DNA of 64,000 nucleotides from Candidatus Eiseniibacteriota bacterium (GTDB lineage Bacteria; Eisenbacteria; RBG-16-71-46): NCBI GenBank assembly GCA_963744995.1, contig CAVUWA010000005.1, positions 256,001 to 320,000 of the forward strand, read 5' to 3'. Shown piece by piece: positions 53,201 to 64,000 of this stretch (position 1 is its first letter; each line of letters starts with the position of its first letter). The notes under the pieces were generated by a model. It saw only the letters and a program-made list of their open reading frames with translations, ran no database searches and was not told where the DNA came from. The position numbers and the translations under genes were made by a program.

Positions 53201-56200
53201 TCGGCGACGAATTCGTCATCCGCAGCGTAAAGACCGCCGGCTGATCGGGCGGCACGCCCTGCTGGTTCTCGGGGTTGAGCCCGATCGACACGCCGTCACG
53301 CGGCTGGCTGCGCGCCGCACCCGTCGTGGGGTCGTACCACGGCTCGTACGGGCACGAGCTGGTGCCGATCGTCCCGACGTTCGACACGTCGAACACCGGC
53401 GTGCCGTAGACCGGATCGTCCTTGACGTCGACGTTGAAGTAGTCGCCGATGTCGTCGTCGCTCAGCACGTAGCCCACCGTCTTCGAGTTCTCGGTCGACG
53501 AGCCTGTCCCGACCGTGGCTTCGAGCTTGAGCCTGCCCCCCCACTTTGCGTCGGGACCGGTGCCGACGATGTCGAAGTTGTAGCCCGCGGCCACGTCGTC
53601 GTTGGTGAACACGGTCACGGTCGTCTTGTAGCTCTTGGTCGTCGTGGTAGTTTTCGAATACTCCTCGGTGGCGCCGGCGCTGAACGACTTGTTCTCCACG
53701 AGCTTCGCGACCTTGCGAAGCGAGTCGTTGCGCGCGATCCAGCTCTGCAGGTTCGCGGCCGACGACTCCCAGATCATCGCGTCGGCATCGTCGTTCGCCT
53801 TGTGGAAGCCGTCCGCGATCTCGAGCTGCTCCGGGATCAGATGGTCGCGGATGTGCTTCTCGGTATAGAGGAACGCGGTCTTCACGCCGTTGGACCCGAC
53901 CGCGGTCGAGACCGACGGCTCGACGGTGCAGGTCGAGCCGCTGACGATCGCATCGATGACGTCGGTCTTCGCGAAGCTGAAGTTGATCCCGGCCGCGGCG
54001 TAGAGGTCGGCGTCGTGGCCGATGAAGGTCTGGTCAGCGGACGTGGAGATCCGGTTGCGGATGGTCGTGCACACCTGGAAGTGCTGGTCCTCGGTGACGC
54101 TGACCCCCAGCTCCAGGTTGCCGATGACGAAGTTCTCGCTCGTGACCTGCGCGAGGTAGCCGAATCCGGTCGAGAACCGCGCGCCGATCTTTACGGTGAA
54201 GTCCTGATAGGTGCTCAGCGACTCGAGCCCCACCCTGTCGAGAACGGTGCAGGACGTCCTGCCCTCGTCCATGTACGCGTAGGAGTGATCCCCCGGCGGG
54301 TCGCGCAGGATCAGGACCGGAATGCCTTCCGCCACGGTGCTGAACGTGGACGGGCGCGGGCGGTGTCCCGTCACGAGCACCCAGTCCGTCTGGCGCACCG
54401 GGTCGCGGCCCGGAACGTCGACGAACACGGTGAACGCTTTCTGGTAGGAGCGGTTGTGGCCCCCCAGATCCGTGCGGCCCGCGTAGACGTTCGGCGTATT
54501 CGCCGCCGTATGATAGCGCGCGACACCGTTCTTCAGCCCCACCGTGACGGGATCCGAATTGTCGATCACCTCGTCGTAGATCACCACGTCGGCGGTGTCG
54601 AGCGGGCACAGATTGCCGTTGCCGTAGTCCTCGTACACTTTGATCTGCAGGTCCTTGCCGACGGTCTGGTCCAGGACCGCGTCGGGCAGCGCGCCGTGCT
54701 TGCCGCCCGGCAGCACCAGTTCGGTGAAGGTCACCGGATCCCAGCCCTCGATCGCGACCTTGAGCGGGGCGGTGTAAACGACGTCCTGCGTCTGCGAATC
54801 GGCTGTCAGGTCGACGTCGAGCGCGCCGAGCTGGCTGAAGAACTGCCGCACCAGCACCGGGTTGAGATCGGCCGGGATGTCCGTTACCCCCAGCACGACG
54901 ATCGAGTAGCTTCCCGGAGGCAGCGTTTCCGAGTAGGTGGTGCCCGTCACCACGGTGTCGCGGAAGCACAGGTTCTCGCTCGCGATCTCGAACGTGACCG
55001 TCCCCACCGAGACGCCCGGGCAGCGTCCGCCGACGCGGCCCGCCAGCGTCCGCGTCGTGAGGTCGGAGAACTCGAACCCCGCCGAGTCCGCGCTTGCGAA
55101 GAAGTTGTAGAGCTGCGGACTGAACGTGTGGCCGTCCAGCTGCGGGGCGATCTGGTGCGGCCCCTGATCGACCGCTACGGCGAAGCGGCCGCCCTTGTCG
55201 GTCGCGCCCTGCGGCGTGCCGTCCACCAGGATCGTGACGTTGGGCGCCGGGCAATCGGTGCCGGCGTAGACGATCGTGCCCGAGATCGTGTGGGACGTGA
55301 TGTCGTTGAAGGCGACCTCGTTCTGCACCGGCGTCTGCGGATTCAGCGTGATGGTCTTGAACTCCGGCCCGAAGTCGCGCTGGCTGTCGACCGGGCGCAC
55401 GATGAAGTCGGTGCCCGTGCCGTAGCGCAGGCCCTTGAGCGTGTAGTTGCCCTGGTCGTCGGTGACCGCGAACGTCTCGAGCGGCGCCGACTCGGCGCTC
55501 CAGTGCACGCCGCCGACCGTCTTCGCGTAGAGCTGGTTCGGCGACAGGTCTTCCATCGCGGGCTCGTCGAACTGGTCGAGCGGCCAGTACGCCAGCAGGT
55601 CCTGCTCGGCGCCGGTTCGCTTCGCCAGGCGATCCGCCTGGATCTCGCTCTGGGTGAGCGCGCGATCCCAGATGCGCACCTCGTCCAGCCGGCCGCCGAA
55701 GAACTCGGAGGCCGCGCTGCCGTTCCAGCGCGCGCCGATGGCCCAGCCGTCCGCGGGCTTCGTGTCGGTCGTGGCCGCGAGGCTCAGCGTCTCGAGGCTG
55801 CCGCCGTCGCGGTACACCTTGATGGTCGGGAACGCCGCGACGACCGCCAGGTGCTGCCATTGATCGCGCGCGAGCGCGCCGGTCGTCGCCACCGTGCTGG
55901 CGCCCGAGCGCACTTCCACGTGCCCGTCGGCCGTCAGCCGGATGCCGAACAGGTTCGAGGCGCCGTCGCTCTTGGAGAGCAGGCTCGCGGTCGCGCCGGG
56001 CCGCGGATTCACCCACAGGTCGACCGTGAACGTATCCGGAATCGCGAAGCCCTTCGTGAGCAGGTAGCCGCCGATGCCGTCGAAGAGCAGCGCGTTGTTG
56101 GCGGCGGGATCGAGCTCCACCGTGACGCCGGAGACGCCCGACCCCGCGTTCGTGGCCACCCGGCCGCCGATCGTGCCGTTCGGCTTCGTGCGGCCGTAGT

Positions 56201-59200
56201 CCGTTTCCACGTAGCCGCTCTCGTACCCGCCGCTGGTGAACGAGGTGACCCAGTACTCGTAGGTTCGACCCGGCTCGACGTCACCGTCGTCGTAGCTCTG
56301 CACGTCGGGCCCGGTCGTCCCGATCAGGTCGCCGTCGCGATAGACCTTGAAGCCGTCCTCGGTCACCGAGTTGTCGGTCCAGCGCACCTGGATCTTGTTG
56401 GCGTAGGCGGCGTCGGAGCCGGTGATGCCGGTGGGCAGCGCCGGAAGCTTCTCGACCCAGAGCTTGCCATTGACGTTGGCGAGAGGCGTCAGGAGGTTCC
56501 CCGAGATCGGTCCGCCGATCATGAGGTCGTCGTCGTCGAGGTCGATGTCATAGCCGAGGTGATTCCCGGTGAAGATCTCCGAAGTGGGAGGACGGATGTC
56601 GGCCACCTGCACCCAGGAGCCGCCCACCTTCGAGAACACAAGCGTGGCCTGCGGCGACGTACTCGGCTGAGTGCCGAGCACGACGAGCCCGTTCTTCACG
56701 GCGACGTCGCCAAAATTGTAGGGATCTCCAGAGATTCGAAGCGTGGCGGTCCGCCCCCAGCTGGATGCGGTGTCCTTCCTCTCCCAGACCTCGGCGCTCC
56801 ACGCCTGCATCACCACGATGGTGTTTCCACTGACGGCCACCGCATCCTGCCCAATGGCCGGATTGAGGATCTGCGTCGGCGTGCTGCCCCACAGCCCGGA
56901 AACCGCATTTCGCTCGAAGACGTAGAGCAGGTCGTCGCCGGCGACCACCGCCACGTTTCCGTCGATGGCCATGCGATGTTGTCCCACCGCGTTGGGGTCC
57001 CACCCAGCGCCGCCGCTGAACGCATGGGTCAGCCCGAACGTGCCATCCCCGTTGCCTGGAGAGAGCAGGATCCTGCCGGCCTGCCACTTGCCGGTGGCAG
57101 GGACGCGATCGAACAGATAGACGCTGGCGGTCTTCCCGGCCTTGGCCGCCCCACCGGCCGTACCGACGAGGATGGTCCGACCGCTCATCTCCACCTCGGC
57201 GCCGAACTCGCTCTCGGTGCTGCCGCCGACGCCCTCCAGTGTGTCCAGCAGAATCCAGCTGCCGCTGGACGAGCCGTACACGAAGGCGCGCCCGTAGAAG
57301 CCCGAGGCCTGCGCCGAATTGTCGCCGACGACCGCGTACTGGTCGTCATCGTTCATCGCCACCGACATGCCGAATCCGGCGAACCACGGCGGCGAGTCCC
57401 CCGCCGGGCCGGGCGAGCCGTTCGTGTTCGGGCTCGAGGGCGGATAGAGCGGATCCCCCGAGCGCTTCCAGGTGCCGTTCACCCGCTCGAACGGGAACAC
57501 GGCGCCGGCGTTGCCGTTGTTGGTGTTCGGGTCGGTGGGCGTGGTCGCGTAGGGGTCGCTGACCAGCGCGCGCGTCTTGCCCATCGACACCGCCCAGCCG
57601 AACGTCGAGCTCGCGCTGACGGCCGGGATGATCGTGCCTGCACCTTCGATGGCTCCGCCCATGGTCACGCCGCCGACGGCCACCGTGCCCGTCCCGCCGA
57701 GCGCGCCCTGGTCGCACACCTGCGCGGAGACGTCGGTCGCGCAGATCGCCTCGACGCAGTAGGTGGGCGTCAACGAGCCGCTGACATTCGTGTCCGTCCA
57801 CGTCGTGGTGTCCGCCAGCGTCGTGTGCACCAGCGCACCGTCGCGATAGATCTTGTAGCCGGTCTCGATCTGGGAGCGGTCCACCCAGCTGACCACGAAC
57901 TGCCCGGAATACGCGTCCGAGACGCTGACCGAGGCGGGCGCCATGATCCGCGTGAAGCCCTCGGCCGAGCCGGCACGCGATGCGCCGTACACGTCGAAGG
58001 CTACGACGTAGTAGGTGTAGTGCGTGCCGAGCACCAGCGGCTGCTTCGAGCCGTCGTCTTCGTAGGCGAGCGTGTTGGCGCCGAGCGAGTCGACGCGCAC
58101 CGAGTCCGCGACGTCGCCGGTGATGCGGCGGTAGACGTAGTAGCCGTCCTCGTAGCGCGACTTGTCGGACCAGGTGATCCGGATGCGGGCCTCATAGTCG
58201 CCCTGCGAGGCGGTGACGTCCTGCGGCTGCTCGAGCGAGCGGCGGCCATAGTCCGTGCGGGCCGCGGATGCGCCCAGCGCGTCGAATGCGCTGACCGAGT
58301 AGGCGTAGGTCACCCCCGGCGCGCCGGTCACGTCCACGTAGGTCGTGCGGTTCTCGGCCGCCGTGCCGATCGCCACGGAGTCGGTGGATGCGCCGGCGAC
58401 CTTGCGCCACACGCGGTAACCGGCCTCGATCTTCGACGCGTCGGTCCATGTGACGATCACCTGGTTCTCGTAGTCGTCGTCCGTCGCCTTGACCGAGCCG
58501 GGCGGCTGGATGGCGCGCGCGCCGCTGTCGGGGGCGAAGCTCTGCTCCGACTCGATGCCCGCCGCGGTGACGGCCGTGACGGAATAGGCATGGTGCGCGG
58601 TGTCCACGTCGTCGTCCGTCGCGCTCTTCTGATAGCCCGGCACCGTGCGGATCGGATCGCCGTCCCGGTAGAGCGTGAACAGCACCGCGGTCGTCGAGAT
58701 GCTCGACCACGTGACCTCGACGTGGTCCTCGAACTCGCCGTCCGAGGCCGCGACCTGCGACGGCGCCACCACAAGGCTGCGGAAACCGCTGTCGGCGACC
58801 GCGGCCGAGGTGCCGCCCGCGTAGCCGAGGGTCGTGTCCTCGAGCGCGGCGGCCACCACCTCATAGCCCTGCCTCAGGCCCGGCGTGGCGGTGCGGTCGG
58901 AGAACGTCACGACGTCGCGGCCGAGCACGGCCAGCAGCTCGCCGCCGCGATAGATCAGGAACTCGTCCTCGTGCGCCGTGTCGCGCCAGCTCAGATCCAC
59001 GCGATCATCGAAGGTGCTATCGGTGGCCGTGAACGTCAGCGGCGCGGCCATCGACTGCAGCCCGCCGATCCCCTGGTCGCAGACCTGGTCGGAGAGCATG
59101 CCAGCCGTGGAGTCCTTCACGGTCTGCACGCAGTAGGTGTGCGTGGCGTTCAGCAGCTGGGTGTCCCTGTAGCGCGTCGAATCCGGCGGCACGAAACCGA

Positions 59201-62200
59201 TCTTGGTGCCGTCCCGGTAGATCCAGAAGCCCTGCTCGTCGGTGGTCCGGTCGACCCAGTTGATGACGACGGCGGTCGAGTCCTGGCCGTCGCTGGCGAT
59301 CACGTCGCCGGGCGGCAGGATCGTCGCGCGCCGGCCGCCGGTGCAGAACTGGGCGGTCCACACGCGGGTCGTGTCGCCGGCGTCCGGCGCGTCGACGAAG
59401 CCGCGCAAACAGTAGGTGTAGTCCACTCCGGGGATGGCGGCCTGATCCTTGTAGCTCGACACGTTCGGCGCGAGCGTCGCCGTCAGCCCGCCGCCCGCGA
59501 CGACGATGCGCATCTCGTCCCTGACGGGGGTGTGCAGGGTGAACGTGAGCGTCAGCCGGTCCGCCGACAGGGCGAACGCGTCCCCCGACGCGGTCCCGCG
59601 GTTGGCCAATCCGGACGTCGGGTACGTGGTCGTGGGCGATCCCAGCAGTGCGTCGCTGTTGTCCAGCGCGGCGTCGGTGAAGATCAGCCCGAGGATCGGC
59701 GTGTCGAAGGTCACCATCCCCGAATACGTGGTATTGGTGGCACCGGCCACACGATCGGAGTGCAGCATGTAGGACGTCACCACGGTGCCCGCAGGCACCG
59801 AGCCGGGCGTGCCGGCGTCGCCGGCGAAAATGCCCGTCGCCACGTTGTCGACTGCGAGGTCGGAAGCCAGCGCCGTGTCGAGGCGCTCGCGGAACAGATA
59901 GGCGACGGTGCTGTCCTCGAGCGCGTCGGGCGCGATCGAAGGCGGCGCCGGGATCGTGTCCACCGCGCCGGACGCCGTGAAGACGGACGGCGTGCGGGTG
60001 AGCTCATAGCCGCTCTCGATGTAGGAGTTGTCGAGCCACTGCACCGTGACGCGGTCCGACTGCGTCCCGACCGACGCCTGGAAGTCCGTCGGCGCGAAGA
60101 ACGTCTTCGAGCCCTGGTCGGCCGCGGTGGCGACGAGTGTGCGCGACGGCAGCTGGTACTTCTCGATCGTGTAGGTGTACTGGACGTCCGGTACCGCGGT
60201 GTCATCGCTGTAGGTCGAATCACCGGCCGAGACGTACGAGAGCAGCACGGGCGGCGTCGCGTCGTTCGGATCGTCGTCGCGGCGCAGGACGAAGTAGTAG
60301 TTGGCGTTCTCCGCGGCCGTCCAGCTCAGCTCCACGCGGTTCTCGAACTCGCCGTCCGAGGCGTCCAACCGCATCTCGTTGACGTTCAGGTACTGGTCCG
60401 CGGCCACGTTGGCGAGGCGCTGCCTCGTGCCGGAGGGCCACTGGATCCAGATCGAGTCCACGACGGCCGCGCTGCCGAGACCGAACATCGCCTCGAGCGC
60501 GTCCTGGGACTGGTAGCCGCTGCCCGCCTCGATCTCGCGCATCTGCGTCGTGGCGCCGGTGTAGACCCGGACGCGCGCCCCCACCGCGGAGCGATTGGAC
60601 GCCGTGCCCTGCAAGGTCAGCACCAGCCAGTGAGGGTGCCCGATCGGAGTGTTCCGGAGCAGCGTGTTCGCACCATTTCGGGCGGAATAGACGTCGGGAG
60701 CACCGTCGCGATCGGCATCTCCGATCGTCGTGCCATAGGACACTCCGACGCCGGTGGCGATCGTTTCGGCGGCGAAGCCGCCGGGGAGATTCACGAAGAC
60801 CTGGGTCCCCCCGGTCCCCTCCGAAACGAGGTCCAGACGGCCGTCGAGGTTCACATCGACCCAGTTGATGGCGCCATAACTCACCGCCTGTGAGGGCGGC
60901 AGGAATGCCGACACGTCGGTGAACCCGGCGCCGACCCCGTTGTCGTTCCTGTACAGCTGGACCGGACCCGCAGCCGTGGCGAGTGCGAGGTCGAGGTCGC
61001 CGTCGTTGTCGTAATCGCCCCACGCCACCCCGCGGGCGAGGCCGGCGTCCTGAATGACCGCGATACTCGCATCGTGAAATGCACCCCCGCCGTCGTTGAC
61101 CACGAGCCGGTTCGGGAAGTTGTCGCGGCCCAGATAGAGATCCATGTCGCCGTCGTTGTCGAAGTCGGCCCAGGCCGCCGCCTCCACGTTCCACACGGTC
61201 GCCGGAATCGCGCTCGATACGTCCGCAAACGGCTCGTCCGGTCCGTCGTTGCGGAACAGGAAGTTTCCGTTGTAGCCCACCACTGACAGATCAAGGTCGC
61301 CGTCATTGTCGAAGTCGACCCAGTAGGCGCCCTTGCTGCTGGCTATGACGCCGACGACGGGATTCTTTGCGGTCAGGTCGGTGAAGACACCGTTGCCGTC
61401 GTTGCGGAACAGCTTGTTCGGCACGGGGGGGTAATTGGCCAGGTAGAGGTCCGGGTCTCCGTCGTTGTCGTAGTCGCCCCACGCGGCCGTGCGCGCCGCG
61501 GCCGCGGCGTCCTGGATGCCCGCAGGCGTCACGTCCGTGAAGGCGAAGTTGCCGTCGTTGCGCATGAGCCGGTTCGGCTGGGAATCGTTCCCGAAGAAGA
61601 GGTCGAGGTCGCCATCGCCGTCGTAGTCCACCCACACAGCGCCATTGCTGACGGCGTTGTCGGCCAGCGTGCCTGTCGCCACGTTCGTCATCTGGACCCG
61701 AGGCTCGACGATCTCCACCTTCTGGTTCACCGTCGGGCCGGGGGCGACCACCCGGCGGACACCGGACGGCCATTCAACAATGACCGAGTCCACCGTCGTC
61801 GCCGCGCCGAGACCGAATTGCGCGGTCAGCGACGTCTGGCACTTGCCCGCCGCCGGAGCGATCTCACGGATGCGGCTGACACCGCCTGCCACGACGCGAA
61901 TCCTCGCTCCGATCGAGGCGGCGTTCGACAGCGTGCCGACCAGCCGGACCTCCAGCCAGTGGTTCCCCGTCGCCTGGTCGTTGCGGAGCATCTGGTTGGC
62001 CTGGTTGTAGTTGACGACGTAGATGTCCTGGTCACCGTCGCCGTCGTAGTCACCGCTCACCGCTGAGAGGCCGGGGGTACCCATCGGCGCGCTCGAGTCG
62101 TTCACGAACGTCCCGCCGCCGTCGTTGCGGAACAGGATGTTGTACGAGCTGGTGACAACGAACAGGTCGAGATCGCCGTCGTTGTCGTAGTCGCCCCACA

Positions 62201-63139
62201 GGGCACCGCGCCTGCCCGTCCCGGTGGTCGCAAGGACAGCTGGCGTGACGTCGCTGAAGACGCCGTTGCCGTCGTTGTGAAGCAGTCTGTTGGAGTTACC
62301 CAGGTTGACGATGAACAGGTCGAGCCGACCATCGTTGTCGTAGTCGCCGACCGCGACGCCCTGGCCCTGGCCGGCCGCGTCCGCGAGCGGCCCGTAGGTC
62401 ACGTCGGTGAAGTTGCCGCCGCCGTCGTTGCGGAGCAGGCGGTTGGTCCCGCCGTAGTTGACGATGTAGAGGTCCAGGTCACCGTCGTTGTCGTAGTCGA
62501 ACCACGCATGCTCGAGGCCGTAGCCGGCGTCCGCCAGCGGGCCCGTCGTGATCGGCGTGTACGTCCCGCCGCCGTCGTTCCGGTACATGGCGTTGGCTCC
62601 GTTGCGGAGCACGTACAGATCGAGGTCCCCGTCGTTGTCGTAGTCCACCCAGCTCACGCTCGACCCGTACACGGCGGCGAGTCCGGAAGGCGTCGAGGTG
62701 GCAAACGTGCCGAGGCCGTCGTTGAGAAACCGGCCGACTCCCCCCCGTTGAGCAGGAGCAGATCGAGCGCGCCATTCTGATCGTCGTCGCCCCAGGAGAC
62801 CGCCAGGCCGTTTCCGCTGTCGTCCAGTGGGGCCACCGAGTTGTCGACGAAGGTGCCCCCCACGTTGGTCAGGAGCTTGTTCGGCCAGCCGTTCGTATTG
62901 ACCAGGTAGAGGTCGATGTCTCCGTCCCCGTCGAAGTCGTCCCACGCGGCGGATGTTCCCGGCCCGGCATCAGCGAGCACGCCGATCGTCGCGTCCGTGA
63001 ATTGCGCGCGGGCCGGGCCGGCCACCAGCGCAGAAAACGCCAGAACGGCCGCCAGAACGGCAACTGGAGAGGCGGGTCGGAAGCGGAGGTCGGGGGACGC
63101 GGCGGACGGTGCGGCACGGCGAAGGCAATGCGCGGCCAT
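50211..63139 (-). CDS. Giant (~4300 aa) secreted protein: FG-GAP/VCBS repeats + 2 ASPIC/UnbV, FN3 array, beta-propeller, LamG, Ig-like, T9SS-A-like CTD; one frameshift near 62740
   Basis: ORF 62654-63139 supplies the signal peptide and first DxDGDGDxD repeats. ORF 50211-62945 is sensible only from ..RFLNDGLGTF on. WGDYDNDGDLDL repeats, HWL...FGLG...WPSG twice, FN3 WxDxS..E.GY motifs, LamG FGGRLDEVRIW and NFPNPF...GVYFYRL. Confidence 0.85.
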
Positions 63140-63269
63140 TGCGGCTCCTGGGGAGAAAGGGAAGCGACCGGCCTGGAGACGGCTCGTTCGAAGAGCGATT
63201 GGGTTTTATGTGCAGGGAAATGCAAAAACGGGGTCGCGGGATTGTAAAGATGTGAATGGATCTTGAAAA

Positions 63270-63319
63270 GCACTTTTCTCATCGCCCGAGCGCTTTTCAC
63301 ATCGCCGTCTTCACATTGG
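63270..63319. repeat. Imperfect 17-bp direct repeat in the AT-rich region upstream of the giant gene
   Basis: gcacttttctcatcgcc (63270-63286) and gcgcttttcacatcgcc (63290-63306); a third TTCACAT follows at 63310. Confidence 0.55.
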
Positions 63320-63469
63320 AACCATCACACGATGCTCGTGACGCAGCAATGCCTGCTCATCGCGCAAAAATTTCCGATGCAACGACTCGCCGGCCCGCTT
63401 CCCGGACGAGGAATCGAAGCACGGCGCTCATGCGTCCGCCGTGCACAGTCTTTCCACTGCCATCCAACA

Positions 63470-63503
63470 GAAGAGGCCCGGCGTCGAACGCCGGGCCCCC
63501 TTC
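63470..63503 (-). terminator. Intrinsic terminator-like hairpin after the DinB gene
   Basis: ggcccggcgt-cga-acgccgggcc followed by TCTTCTGTT on the minus strand. Confidence 0.6.
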
Positions 63504-63526
63504 GTTCGGACCGAAGCTGCGCCCGC

Positions 63527-64000
63527 TCAATGCTCCTCTTTCGCCTCGCCTTCCTTCTTCTTCGCCGCGGCCGCGGCATTCGCGCGCGCCGTCCACGGCG
63601 GCACGATGCCGTTCGAGCGCGCGTAGGCGATCGACTGGCCCAGGTGCTCGTGCACATGCGAGAGCAACAGCATGTAGCCGCTGCGCACCGTCATGTCCAT
63701 CCCGAAGACCTTGACGTTCTTCTCGAGCGTGGCCTCGTCCGCGTCCTCGAGCGACTTCTTCATGTGGGCGAAGGAGGCCTTGAGCGCAGCCTCGATGTCC
63801 TCCTTCTTCGACATCGACTGCTCGTAGCCGTCGAACTTGAAGCCCTCGGGCGGCGTGACGCCCCAGTACGACGGAATGCCGAAGTTCGCCGCCGCGACGT
63901 GCAGGAACACCTCGCCCGTCGAGCGCACTTCCTTGTTCGGCCGCCAGGTGTACTTGGCCTGCGGCGTGGCGTCCGCCAACTCGAGCAGCTTGTCCTCGGC
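63527..64000 (-). CDS. DinB family protein (5' end outside the window)
   Basis: LADATPQAKYTWRP..VRSTGEVFLHVA...HEHLGQSIAYARSNGIVPPW. Confidence 0.85.
   Translation of the reverse strand, partial: AEDKLLELADATPQAKYTWRPNKEVRSTGEVFLHVAAANFGIPSYWGVTPPEGFKFDGYEQSMSKKEDIEAALKASFAHMKKSLEDADEATLEKNVKVFGMDMTVRSGYMLLLSHVHEHLGQSIAYARSNGIVPPWTARANAAAAAKKKEGEAKEEH

Noticed and set aside
51906..60893. 2995-aa plus-strand ORF
   Set aside because: Antisense shadow of the giant gene. It is Arg/Val/Gly-rich with no motifs, as expected from strong GC3 bias.
62760..62945. Start of the 4244-aa ORF as given in the track (MGRLRRGRR...)
   Set aside because: These residues are out-of-frame sequence upstream of the frameshift; the true N-terminus is in ORF 62654-63139.
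60700..62950. Recurring gtcgttgtcgtagtc-like DNA repeats as a CRISPR or non-coding array
   Set aside because: They encode the DYDNDGD FG-GAP protein repeats, spacing is irregular, and there are no cas genes.

Overview
Very GC-rich bacterial chromosomal segment with no CRISPR array, integrase or complete IS element. Several secreted proteins end in a T9SS-A/FlgD-Ig-like C-terminal domain, and there are three eukaryote-type Ser/Thr kinases. This suggests an FCB-affiliated lineage such as Ca. Eisenbacteria, which is inference only. The left part (1-14.5 kb) is central carbon and redox metabolism: pckG 5' end, tal, fumC, sthA, NDH-2, pgl-zwf-gnd. The middle carries a hybrid sensor kinase with a degenerate catalytic core and two tandem secreted paralogues with identical end modules but unrelated centres and a shared structured leader. 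It also holds a sigma54-type promoter driving a small ORF, Ser/Thr kinases, a DEAD-box helicase, engB, tRNA-Cys, an ECF sigma/kinase pair, an SQR-like flavoprotein and an amino-sugar/ATP-grasp operon. The right part has a selenocysteine (in-frame TGA plus SECIS) formate dehydrogenase whose Fe-S N-terminus is fused to the downstream NuoE-NuoF protein, and a ~12.9 kb giant secreted-protein gene with a frameshift at a G7 run. All calls come from motif recognition by eye; no searches were run.
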